DNA of 64,000 bases from Malacoraja senta (Eukaryota), in the NCBI GenBank assembly GCA_038087875.1, contig JAXLNO010000261.1, positions 1 through 64,000 of the forward strand. Direction: 5' to 3'. A program made the translations under genes and the position numbers. Positions 53,753-64,000 of the stretch are shown one piece after another. Numbering within the stretch: the stretch's first letter is position 1; the number at the start of each line of letters is the position of its first letter. The notes under the pieces were generated by a model, which saw only the letters and a program-made list of their open reading frames with translations, was not told the DNA's origin and ran no database searches.

Positions 53753-54341
53753 CATGATGACGCAACCTGCCTAGAATACAGTGTTTCAGGACGATGCAAG
53801 GAAGACTGCAGCAAGAGGGGAGCACGTTTTCACTAGCGGGAGTCTAGGATTAGAGTAGGGATTAACGGGTCCCTTTTAGAATGGCAGGCAGTGACTAATG
53901 GGGCAACGCAAGGCTCGGTGCTGGGACCGCAGCTATTTACAATATACATTAATGATTTAGATGAAGGGATTAAAAGTAACATTAGCAAATTTGCAGATGA
54001 CAAAGCTGGGTGGCAGTGTGAACTGCGAGGAGGATGCAATGAGGATGCAGGGTGACTTGGACAGGTTGGGTGACTGGGAAGATGCATGGCAGATGCAGTT
54101 TAATGTGGATAAATAGTAAGATTAAACGAGAACTTACCAGTTTGAAGTTTGATCTTTATTTTATGAGGAGTTACGTTGGTGATTACGTGAAGAACCCCGT
54201 CAGGGCGCATTCGCGTCAATCTTCAAAGCAGCGGTATGAAATCACAGACAACACCATAATTGAAGTAACATATTAAGATGATCAACATGAGAACTACCAT
54301 TATGACTTTTTTTTCTATGAGAGAGGGTTGGGCGTGGCGGG

Positions 54342-54453
54342 CACGTAATCACCAACGTAACTCCTCATAAAATAAAGATCAAACTTCAAACTGGTAAGTT
54401 CTCGTTTAATCTTACTATTTTACTTCGGAGTCACGTGAGTGACTACGTGAAGA
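54342..54453 (-). repeat. DIRS internal complementary region (ICR)
   Basis: 54342-54420 is the exact reverse complement of 54111-54189; 54418-54453 is the exact reverse complement of 58896-58931. Confidence 0.95.
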
Positions 54454-54662
54454 TTTTAAAGCTCTGTGATTTTTATGCCGCAGATCAAAATCCCGGCTTC
54501 TCACTGCATCGATTGACTGAGTATCATCAATAATGCTGTAAACATGACATTGCATATCATGCAAAAACAAAACAGTTTTATTTTTGGTTATAAAACAACC
54601 AATAAACCCTCTTAATGTAGGGCAACAAACGAAACAGAATGAAACAGTATTGAAAACAGACT

Positions 54663-55640
54663 TTAAACAATAGCAACAGCACTCAATATTGAGTTGGCAA
54701 ACAGCCCTCCATCAGCAATCGGCCGATGGTAGTATTGCTGAAACACAAGTTCATTTTTCCAACCTGCGGCTTTTAATATATGGTCGATGGGAACGTCCAT
54801 CGCCCTGGCCGCGGATGTTGCTACTGCGCTAGTGGAATGAGATGAAAACACATAAATGTTAATTCCTGCCTGAACCAACTCTTGCTTTAACCACCTTGAG
54901 ATAGTCTGAACTGCCACTCTTTTATGTTGGCTTCTTGTAACTGAGAAATAATCCTGTTTCTTCTTGTCTTAAATGTAATGTAATGTAACAAATGTGTCCT
55001 TACACATAAACATGGAGCTGTAGGATATGCTGAGAACACAATCTTAAAACCTGTCACACCTGGCCTGCTTTGTTTGAGCAGGTCAGAAATATAAAACAGA
55101 ACATTCTCTGTATTCACTTCCATTCTCTCGAACTGAAGTTCTTGGAAAGTCTGCACTCTCTGTACTGACACCAATGCCATTAGCATAGCCAATTTCATGG
55201 TTAATTTTAACAAAGTTATAGACGTGACAGGGACCCAATGACGAAGTATGTTACGAACAACACTTACCTCGCAGATTACCATATACCTAGGCTTAGGCGG
55301 TTTGGAATTAAAGATTCCTTTCATCAACCTAGATATGAGAGGGTGAGAACCTATACTTTGTGTCCGTGTACCTATTACAAGATATGCCGACCAAGCACTT
55401 CTAGCTGTATTGATAGCAGTATAGCTAAGACCCTCATCATAATAAAGTGTAGATAAACTCTAACACATTTTCAATAACTACAGTATTATATTGAATATTC
55501 TTTTGAACACAATATTGTTCCCATTTTTTTTTTTTTTTTTTCATAAGTCATATACTGTTTTTGAGTACTGTTTCTCCAGGCTGCAGTGAGTATATCCACC
55601 GTTGGCCTAGAAAGTCCTCGACCAATGTAAGGCATTCTTA
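54663..55640 (-). pseudogene. DIRS tyrosine recombinase, frameshifted
   Basis: KLAMLMALVSVQRV, LLKQSRP, CLCV, TISRWLK, HSTSA (HxxR arginine lost), AAGW, FQQYYHRPI. Confidence 0.88.
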
Positions 55641-57370
55641 AAACCTGCAAATTAACAGATCCATACCATCACATAACGGATGAACTTAATGCGTTACTGG
55701 ATGCTCCAGCAAATTCCTACTGTTTGGAATCAGCAAAAAGAGGTTGGATCACTATCTGTAACATCAAAGGAAACCATGGTTGAATCAGGCAATTTGGTAT
55801 CACCAAAACCCCTGAAGCGGCATCCTGCTTGATTTTCTCAAACACCGACCTACGAGGCTGAATGGTGGGAAAATGTACACAAACATATCATCCCAATTTA
55901 GTGAAAAAGCATCAATTGTCACTGCCCCTGGATCTGGTGCCTATGAAACATATTTTGGCCTTCCATATAGAAGTACTATGTTCTTGAACACATCCTGGTT
56001 CCACATCCACTCTGTGTTATGATGGAATTTTCATGAGCTGCCATCTGGTACTACATTAAGTTTCCCTGGGAGATAGATAGCTCCAATCCAAATCTCTCTA
56101 TCCCTACTCCAGGTCCAATTGTATTTGCCAACCTGTCACATGATAACGATTTGATTCCACCCATGTGATTCATATCAGCAACTGCTGTAGTGTTGTCTAT
56201 TTTGCACTGCACATGCAAACTAGTTTAGTTAGTGCCATAAGCCTTGAGTCCTTAAAATACTCTTGGTTAATTCCCCATGTTTGCAGAAGCAATGTTCATC
56301 TGTCTCCACCGCTGGATCTTGTATCAGTAGCACCCTACCCAAGTGCTCTGACATCTGTCTGCAAATCATGGAAGCTTTGGAACACTTCCAATAACACTTT
56401 GGAACTACTAGTGGACACATGCTGAATCCACCATTGTATATCAGCAACAGCCTCTATTGATAGAAGCATAGGTCTATTATAATGACCCCAATGTATCCTC
56501 AATGCTTGTTCCTTTGACCTTTGTAATTGTAGATAATAAAGTGGCCGTATTGAACTGCTGGAAATGCTGCCAGCCATTACCACAGCAGACTTGTCATCTG
56601 GCTAATTGAAGGCTGTGTGTTAGCAATTAACTTGATATAGCTCTTAATTAGCTCTACCCTTTTTTGCCTGGGCAAGGTCACAATGATGTTGATTAAGTCC
56701 ATTGTGAACCCAACTAGTCAATTTGTGTCACAGGTAGAAATTTAGATTTCTCTGGATAGCTTATAAAGCCCAATTAAAAAAATGGTTTTTACCAACTGCC
56801 ACTGATGCTTCAGCTGTTTCCTTTGATTGTCCTACAATCAAGATATTATCTAGTTAAGCCATGAACACATGACCTTGACTTCTCATCATGCCTAGAATAG
56901 GTTTTAACAACTTTGTAATCCCTCTAGGAGCTGAAGAGAAACCATTAGGCAGTGGATTGTATTGGCATAATTGCCCCATCCAGCTGAATTTTAAATCTTC
57001 TATCCTGCAAATGAACAGGCACTGAATCCGCATCTTTAAGATCTCCTTCACAAACGTTTCCATCTTAAAATGTCTATACCGTACAAAAGGGTTAAGACTA
57101 TTCAGGTCCGTATAATTCTGCATCCCCCCATCCTTTTTTTGGTCTGGGAAAGATATTGGAAACAAACTGATGGCTTTGGTAAACTGCCTTAGCAATTACA
57201 CCTTTATTACATAAGCTTGCAAGTTCCAGCTGAACTTCCAATTGTTCAGTGATACTGAAGTTAAACTCCTTTTTTGGAACATGTTGCATGGGTAAATCAG
57301 AATTTGCATTAAACTTTATTTGATGCCTTTGAATAACCTTCAGTATAAACATATCTGAGGTAAACATTTA
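55640..57370 (-). pseudogene. DIRS pol: RT, RNase H and adenine methyltransferase-like domain, fragmented
   Basis: FVSNIFPRPKK, HFKMET, LPNGFSSAPR, degenerate YLDD (MA*LDNIL). At 55860-55955 YVS*APDPGAVTIDAFSLNW..YIFPPF. Confidence 0.85.
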
Positions 57371-57460
57371 ATTGTATCACATTAGATCTGTCTACATGAG
57401 AACCAGACCCTCTTACCTCCTTACCACCTGGCATTCTTCCCCAGCCTTGAGCTGGATATC

Positions 57461-58751
57461 TCACCTCCGTGGCCGTGCTACAGCCGAACGCCAACTGCGC
57501 TGCATCGTAGCTGACTCGTCCCTTGCCCGGACCAGTCTACTCCTTATAGGGATACTTCCGCTTTGGTGAATATGTGGCTGCCGTCTTAGCCTCCTCTCCA
57601 GCTCCTTCACCTGCTGTGCGAAATCCTCACCAAACAGCTGTGCCGTTTGCACTGTGCCAGGCTGGCAGAGTGAAGCATATTTAGCATTGATGGTTGGTCT
57701 AATCGCAGTCTTGCAGAGGCAGTTGATCTCAAAGTGGGCACTCCACAATAGCGCCTTTTGTTGTAATTTGTCATTGCCTCTCCATCTACCATCCTGGCAA
57801 AGCTCGTTATACCAGATGCCAGCAACTTTAAAAATATGCTGGAGCTTCACATGCTCCTGGGCTTTCATTAGTATGCCCATCTTGCCCCAATTCTTCCTGT
57901 TCCCAACAGGAACTTTTAACAGTCCACAGTTGATTGGGGCTTCATACTTCGTTATTGTCTCATCCATTGTCAGCTCCTGTAGCTGATGTGAGACTTGGTA
58001 ATTTATGCTGGTGGCAAGTTCCTCACCCAGAGGCTCACCAGCGTCCGACGACATGGCAAACCGTGCTGCACACGGTGTCAGCTCTGGCAGCTGCCTGCCC
58101 TCCCTTTGGAAGTCGTCGGACTCAGGGTCAGAGCGTATCTGCCCTTCTGCACTCACCTCTTGCAAAGAGGGTGCTTTCAAGCAGGCCTCTACTAGGCACT
58201 GCCAGCGGAGCCGTCCCCACGGCCTCCCGCCTGCACAACTCCTCCAGGAGTATGGCTTTATGAAGCAGACCTCTCCTAGGCTCTGCCAGCGGAGCCTTCT
58301 CTATGGCTTCCCGCTTGCACTACTCCTCCTGGAGTGTGGCTTTATGAAGCAGACCTCTCCTAGGCACTGCCAGCGGAGCCTTCTCTATGGCTTCCCTCCT
58401 GCATTACTCCTCCTGGAGCGTCTCTGTGGAGCAGCCCCTATATGAGCTGCTCCTTTTGGATAACCGCTGGGGAACGGTATCCTGTCCCCGACGGGACTCT
58501 CGTGGCCTGACTCTGCGGAGTCTATAGCCCTGACAGACTTGGCGTATGCCGACCGCCCGACTGGCGTTGGCTGTATACCCGGCTGGGCACTTTGCCAAGT
58601 CTGTCGCCGCACCGCTACCGGCTTGCGACTCCCCCGAGGTGACAGGCTGCCTTTCAGAGACTGCGCTCCCGCAGCTCTCTCTCTCCTTGTCGGCAGCAGC
58701 CTGCACCTTATCCTTATTCCTGTATGTGGGGGAAAAAACACACAGAAACAC
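57461..58751 (-). pseudogene. DIRS ORF1 (gag-like), fragmented
   Basis: ORF 57461..58180 (P.NC..LKVP, LFGEDF) lies 5' of pol; assignment mainly by position. Confidence 0.6.
58172..58418. repeat. 84-bp tandem repeat, ~3 units, in the DIRS ORF1 region
   Basis: 'aagcag.cctct.ctagg..ctgccagcggagcc' recurs at 58179, 58263 and 58347. Confidence 0.9.
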
Positions 58752-59058
58752 TTTCTTTACTTTTCTCTAACTCCTCCAAAGTCTCCCCGACTTTGGTGGA
58801 GCTGTAATGACTCACCTGCAGCAGGAGGTCCGTGCTCCTGCTGCCGTTGTCGCCAATGCGTCAGACATAATGACGCGCATGCGCCCTGACGGGGTTCTTC
58901 ACGTAGTCACTCACGTGACTCCGAAGTAAAATGTGAGGTTATCCACTTTGGTGGCAAGAATAGGAAGTCAGATTATTATCTGAATGGTGTCAAGTTGGGA
59001 AAAGGGGAAGTACAACGAGATCTGGGGGTCCTTGTTCATCAGTCACTGAAGGTAAGCA

Positions 59059-59193
59059 GTTGTGTTAAAGAAGGAACTGCAGATGCTGGAAAATCGAAGG
59101 TACAAAAAAAAATGCTGGAGAAACTCAGCGGGTGCAGCAGCATCTATGGAGCGAAGGAAATAGGTAACGTTTCGGGCCGAAACCCTTCTTCAG
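59059..59193 (-). mobile_element. 135-bp Penelope-like mini-element with a hammerhead core
   Basis: 8-bp TSD ggtaagca (59051-59058, 59194-59201) in the host CR1. Homologous to 24368-24748 and 39433-39534. Confidence 0.85.
59166..59193 (-). ncRNA. Minimal type I hammerhead ribozyme core
   Basis: CUGAAGA-A-GGGU-UUCG-GCCC-GAAA-CGUU: CUGANGA and GAAA boxes, stem II, palindromic stem III, GUU triplet. 5' arm of stem I absent. Confidence 0.7.
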
Positions 59194-59604
59194 GGTAAGC
59201 ATGCAGGTACAGTAGATAGTGAAGAAAGCTAATGGCATGTTTGCCTTCATAACAAGAGGAGGAGTATAGGAGCAAAGAGGTCCTTCTGCAGTTGTACAGG
59301 ACTCTAGTAAGACCACATCTGGAATATTGTGTGCAGTTTTGGTCTCCAAATCTGAGGAAGGACATTCTTGCTATATAGGGGGGTTCACGAGGTTAATTCC
59401 CGGGATGGCGGGACTGGCATATGTTGATAGAATGGAATGACTGGGCTTGCATACACTGGAATTTAGAAGGATGAGATAGGATCTCATTGAAACATATAAA
59501 ATTACTAGACTGTGGAACCCCCTGTCACACAGGAGGCTTGGGCCCCCAATGCAATATTCCACCACTCACCCATAGTCCCCAACAGCACATGCACAGCTCA
59601 TTTC

Positions 59605-60912
59605 CCCCTCATCCCTAGCACTCTCTCCCCCTCCTCTTCACCCTCTCTCTTCTTTTCCCTCTCCTCCTCCCCAATCCCTCCCTCACCTCTCTCCCTCTCC
59701 TTTCCCCTACCCTCAGTCACTCCACCCTCCCTCCATAACTCCTCTCCCCTCCCCTCCCTACCCACCCTCCTATCCCTCTATCCCCCACCTCCCCACTCCT
59801 CACTTCCCCTATCCCCCCACTATCCCTCCTCACCTCCCCCACTGCCCTCCTCTCCCTCTATTCCCCACTCGCTGCCTCCCCCACTACCCCCCTCCTCTAC
59901 TCCCCCCTCATCTCCCTCTATTCCCCCTCCTCCACCACTCTCTCCTCACCTCCTCCCTCTTCTTCAGAATTAGAATCAGAATCAGAATCAAAATCACACA
60001 TTATTCGCCAAGTATGTTTTGCAACATACGAGGAATTTCATTGGCCAGTTCAGTCATACAATTAAAAGTAACAGATCATTCAAAAACACATTTTAACATG
60101 AACATCCACCACAGTGACTCCTACACATTCCTCACTGTGATGGAAGGCGAAATAAAGTTCAAGCCCTTCCCTTAGTTCTTCATCGGTCGTGGGCCTCGAG
60201 CCCCCGTTGACGGGACGATCTTGACTCCCGTAGCCGGCGGCGTTCGGGCATTCCGCGTCAAGGTGATCAGCTCCCGCATCAGGGAGGGTTGTCAGCTCCC
60301 CCGCGCTGGACGATCGAACCTCGCGTCGGGGCTGGTGAAACTTCTGCAGCATTGGAGCTCCCGACTTGGCCTCACCCGAGACTAAGAGCCCTTGGTGTTG
60401 GTTCCACGGTGGTCACGGTGGGAGCGTTCGCAGGCAAGGGATCAGCTCCGATGTTAAGTCCGTGCCCCGCGGTGGGGCTCACGACAGTCCGAGGAGGCTT
60501 CCAGCTCCATCGATGTTAGGCCGCAGAGCCCGGAGAATCTAATCCGAAAATTGATCACATCTCCGGGAAGGTTAGAACCTGAAAAAAAGTTTCCCCCGAT
60601 CCCCTCCGCACTCCCCCCTCCCCCCTCCCCCCTCCTCCCACATAAAACAAACCGAAGAACATTAAAACAAACTTTTAAAGCACTAAAAAATAACAAAAAG
60701 AAAGAAAATACGAACAGACTGCTGGCAGGGCAGCCATCTCCCTGGCACCCCTGGTGGTCTTTTCCCTCTCCTCCTACCCTCCCCAATCCCTCACTCACCT
60801 CTCCTTTCCCCCACCCTCAGTCACTCACTCCCTCCATCCCTCCATAACACCTCTCCTCTCCCGACTCCTCTCCTCTCCCTCTATCCCCTCTCCTCCCCCA
60901 CTCTCCCTCCCC
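59605..60912. repeat. Polypyrimidine/polypurine low-complexity tracts (59605-59963, 60759-60912), partly duplicated
   Basis: 'cttttccctctcctcct..ccccaatccctc.ctcacctctcc..accctcagtcactc' occurs at ~59651 and ~60759. Confidence 0.85.
59965..60760 (-). mobile_element. LINE-type 3' UTR fragment nested in the Helitron
   Basis: (tgattc)n tail at 59965-59995; homology to 23094-23490. Confidence 0.6.
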
Positions 60913-62022
60913 AGAATCTTGAGGTTGCCGCTCCTCTCCCTTCTTGTGTGCCCCGGAGGAGCATCAGCTGTCGGCACCCTCAGAGCCAGGCCTCGGATCG
61001 GCCTGGTAGCACCAGCAGCTACGGCCGCGCCGGCATGTGGGCGGGATGGGTGGGGGGGGGGGGGAGAGCTCAGTTAAAAGATGGGGGAAGAGCCATGGGG
61101 GGAGACGGGTGTATCACGGCGGAGGGGGGAAGGAGCCAGCGAGGGGGACCAGAGGGAAATGGGCTGGAGTGGTGGGGCGTTGCGATGGCGGTGCGTTTGG
61201 GACTCACAGCGGGTGCTGGACGCTCTCCTCCGCCGGGATCAGATTGCCTGCTTTCTGTTTGGCGACATCTCCCGCACGCTGGGCCGCTTCCTGTCCCTCT
61301 GAAAATTATGTCCGGTTGGAGACTTCCGCTGCCACCAACAGTGTCTCTCAGCTCCAGTAAAGATGCGATGGTGCAGGAAGGGGCGGACCATCCTGTGGAG
61401 TGACAGGAGAGACTAATCTGACAGGCGTTGACTGGCAGGAGAGGAGATTGATCTGCGCATGCGCGGTTTTAAAGATTTTTAAACCTCACGAACTTTTACA
61501 AATTAACACCGATCGGAACGAAACGTGGTCACTCGCAGCACATGAGTGAGCTGGCAAAAAATCGTAGCACTAACGCATACAGTTTTTGTGCAAATAGAAA
61601 AAACGCGCAAACCAGAAGAGCACAAGATCAGAGTTTAATTATGTATAGATGATTAAGTGTTTGGACACGCTAGAGGCAGGAAACATGTTCCCAATGTTGG
61701 GGGAGTCCAGAACCAGGGGCCACTGGTTGAGAATAAGGGGTAGGCTATTTAGAACGGAGATGAGGAAAAACCTTTTCATCCAGAGAGTTGTAAATCTATG
61801 GAATTCTCTGCCTCAGAAGGCAATGGAGGCTAATTCTCTGGATGCTTTCAGGAGAGAGTTAGACAGAGCTCTTAAAGATAATGGAGTCAAGGGATATGTG
61901 GAGAAGGCAGGAACAGGGTACAGATTGTGGATGATCAGCCGTGATCATAGTGAATGGCGGTGCTGGCTCGAAGGGCGAATGGCCTACTCCTGCACCTATT
62001 GTCCATTGTCTATTGCCTATTG

Positions 62023-62298
62023 ACCAGAGGCCATAGCTTTGAATAAAAGGACGTATCTTTAGAAAGGAGATGAGGAGAAATGTATTTAGCTGGAAGGTGG
62101 TGAATCTTTAGAATTCATTGCCACAGAAAGCTGTGGAGGCCAAGTTAATGGATATTTTTAAGGCGGAGATTGACAGATTCTTGATTAATAAGGGTGCCAG
62201 GAGTTATGCAGCGAAGACAGGAGAATGGGGTTGAGAGGGAAAGATAGATCAGCCATGATTGAATGGCCTAATTCTGCTCCTATAACTTATGAACTTAT
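62023..62298 (+). mobile_element. CR1 3' end fragment
   Basis: Antiparallel homologue of 1588-1692/8075-8240; short-repeat tail acttatgaactta. Confidence 0.8.
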
Positions 62299-64000
62299 TA
62301 CTTTAAGGACACCTACCTGGGGATGATTCCTTGCCAGACTCCTGGGCTGGAATTTGATCAGGCAAAACATTGCATTCATTGTGAAGGCTTTCTTTCATAT
62401 GATAAACCAATAGTGACATTGTTGCCATGGATAAGCAGTCAAGCTCAGCAGATGTCTGGACAACTTTCTGCATGAGTGGAACAAATGCCCTGAGAAATTG
62501 GAGACATTTTAATGAGCTTCACAAAATACATAGTAATGTGTGTTGTGTGTTACCAAGGTCTAAATGCTGTCTTATGTAGTAGTGTGGTCTGGGTATGGCA
62601 GTGACCACCAAACCTTGCAGTAGGTGAACATGCAGGATATATTTTACTTACACTGGTAAGAAATTCCAGGACCGCATGGGGAGTCCCTCACCATCAGAGC
62701 ACATGTGCAGTAACTCAGCCAACCTCAGCCTTGTCCCAGCATTTTAGTCCTGGTCTTCAAAGGAGGAGACGTGGTGATCTCAGGCTTCTTCCTGCAGTTT
62801 ACTCTCGCCTCAAGAGGAGGCACTGGCAGTCTCGGGTTTCTTCCTGGTGGCACAACTTTGGGGCCTGAAGAGGTGATGCTGGCAATCTCTGGATTATCTT
62901 AGCAGCTCTGCCTTTGCCTATATGTGTGGGTACAGTCCCTCATTGTCTATGGGCAGAAAGAGGCTCTGGCATCTCAGGTTTGTCCCCCCACTTGGTCTTA
63001 GCCTCAGTGTAGGCAGTGGCTGTCTGGGGCTTCTTCCAGGTAGCTCAGTCTTAACCATATGGTGGCACTGGTGGTCTCAGTGGCTCAGTCGTACTCAAAC
63101 CTGCAACAGGGGAACACAGCTAGCAGGACTGTGCCTTTCTCTCTTTCTCTGGTGAGAATGCCAGGGTTTTAGAGGGAGGAGGCCTTCAAGGTTCAAGTTG
63201 CCAAACCGATATAAGCTAATTGGACCCAGCAGCTACCAATGATGCTGAGGATTGGCCTTTTCTGGACTGTCAACCAGTGATAGGGATCAGATTGGCATCC
63301 ACGGGAGAGCGTGCAGTCACAGTACATAAACATTGCACCAGGCAACAGTTTCTGGACACCAGGTTCTGTGGGTCTCAGGCTGGAACTGGTGTGATCCCAC
63401 TCTCCTGCTCTATAAAGGAGCAGGGATGCACCAGAGGGGAGCAAGACGAACCCTGTCAGAATTTCCACAGTCATTGTTATGTCAAGGAAGTTCATTACAT
63501 CTGTTGGGCACCCTGTTAGCATTGGTCAACCATGAGTGCTCAATAGAAAAACCCTGGGTATAAGGCTAACAGAATTCAGCATGAAGAGTAAGGAAAGATG
63601 AAGAGCAGTAACAATGGCTTACTGCCATTCCCCAGAATGAGCAGTCTTTGGAGAAACAATTGCATGAAGAGGCACCATAAGAAGTTTTGTTGCATTGCTA
63701 ATTGGTAATAGAGTATATGTTTATCACTACTGCTTTTTATATACTTTCCGATTATCAGGATTAATCAAAGGTAATGTGGGCATTTTTCTGGAAACCATAA
63801 TTTGATGTGGACGAAAATAAAGAGATGTTAAATAAAGTTTGCGCTGTAACAATTAAATATTCCATAACTTAGCTAGGAAAGATACCAAAGGCATTGTGTT
63901 GTTGTAAAATAAAAACCAGGCAACGTATCATTATCTTGGACAGTGCACAAGTCATGATCTGATTCAGTGCACAGCTGACTGAAGACTAAAACGTGCTCTG

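Larger units (their letters stand above)
54111..58931 (-). mobile_element. DIRS-type tyrosine-recombinase retrotransposon, complete termini, decayed ORFs
   Basis: Non-identical ITRs (~54159-54218, 58871-58931), 3' extension and ICR. Gag-like, RT/RH/MT and YR remnants. Confidence 0.95.
59505..61649 (-). mobile_element. Non-autonomous Helitron
   Basis: Minus strand begins TC(TATA) at 61649 and ends CTAG at 59505. Inserted between A and T with no clear TSD. Short subterminal hairpin cctgt-cac-acagg (59521-59533). Confidence 0.75.
53850..62022 (+). mobile_element. Host CR1 in four pieces (53850-54114, 58933-59058, 59202-59504, 61650-62022)
   Basis: CR1 RT text is collinear across the DIRS, hammerhead-element and Helitron insertions. 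(tattgtc)n tail at ~61998-62020. Confidence 0.9.

Noticed and set aside
54111..54420. 79-bp perfect inverted repeat as a standalone MITE or hairpin RNA gene
   Set aside because: Fully explained as the DIRS terminal extension paired with its ICR.
55860..55955. Adenine methyltransferase-like motif as a bacterial or phage gene
   Set aside because: A known domain of DIRS1-type pol, in the expected position and disrupted.
58172..58418. CRISPR-like array (also the 21-nt repeats near 36815-36876)
   Set aside because: Contiguous tandem units with no unique spacers and no cas genes, in eukaryotic transposon context.
59512..59973. 153-aa Pro/Ser-rich ORF, plus similar ORFs at 60551-61403
   Set aside because: Translation of a C/T low-complexity tract and GC-rich Helitron interior; no domain motifs.

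Overview
Eukaryotic, transposon-saturated DNA with no recognisable host protein-coding gene, probably intronic or intergenic. The repeat families (HE1-like tRNA SINEs sharing tails with HER1/CR1 LINEs) point to an elasmobranch, probably a skate or ray; this is an inference. Contents: two full-length L1 LINEs of different subfamilies (1693-8060 decayed; 46650-52883 one ORF2 frameshift from intact) and a 5'-truncated L1; many CR1 LINE copies, two of them ~2.9 kb; a Passport-like Tc1 (IR/DR, DD34E) with one frameshift; an internally deleted Mag-type Gypsy element with both LTRs, PBS and TSD; a solo LTR; a complete DIRS element with ITRs and ICR; a non-autonomous Helitron; three Harbinger-type MITEs; SINEs; and short Penelope-like repeats carrying a hammerhead ribozyme core. 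Best leads: (1) a third ORF plus hairpins conserved in the L1 inter-ORF spacer, with its stop overlapping the ORF2 start in both subfamilies; (2) the hammerhead-bearing mini-retroelement; (3) a DIRS with perfect terminal/ICR complementarity but ruined ORFs. Family names come from motif recognition, not database searches.
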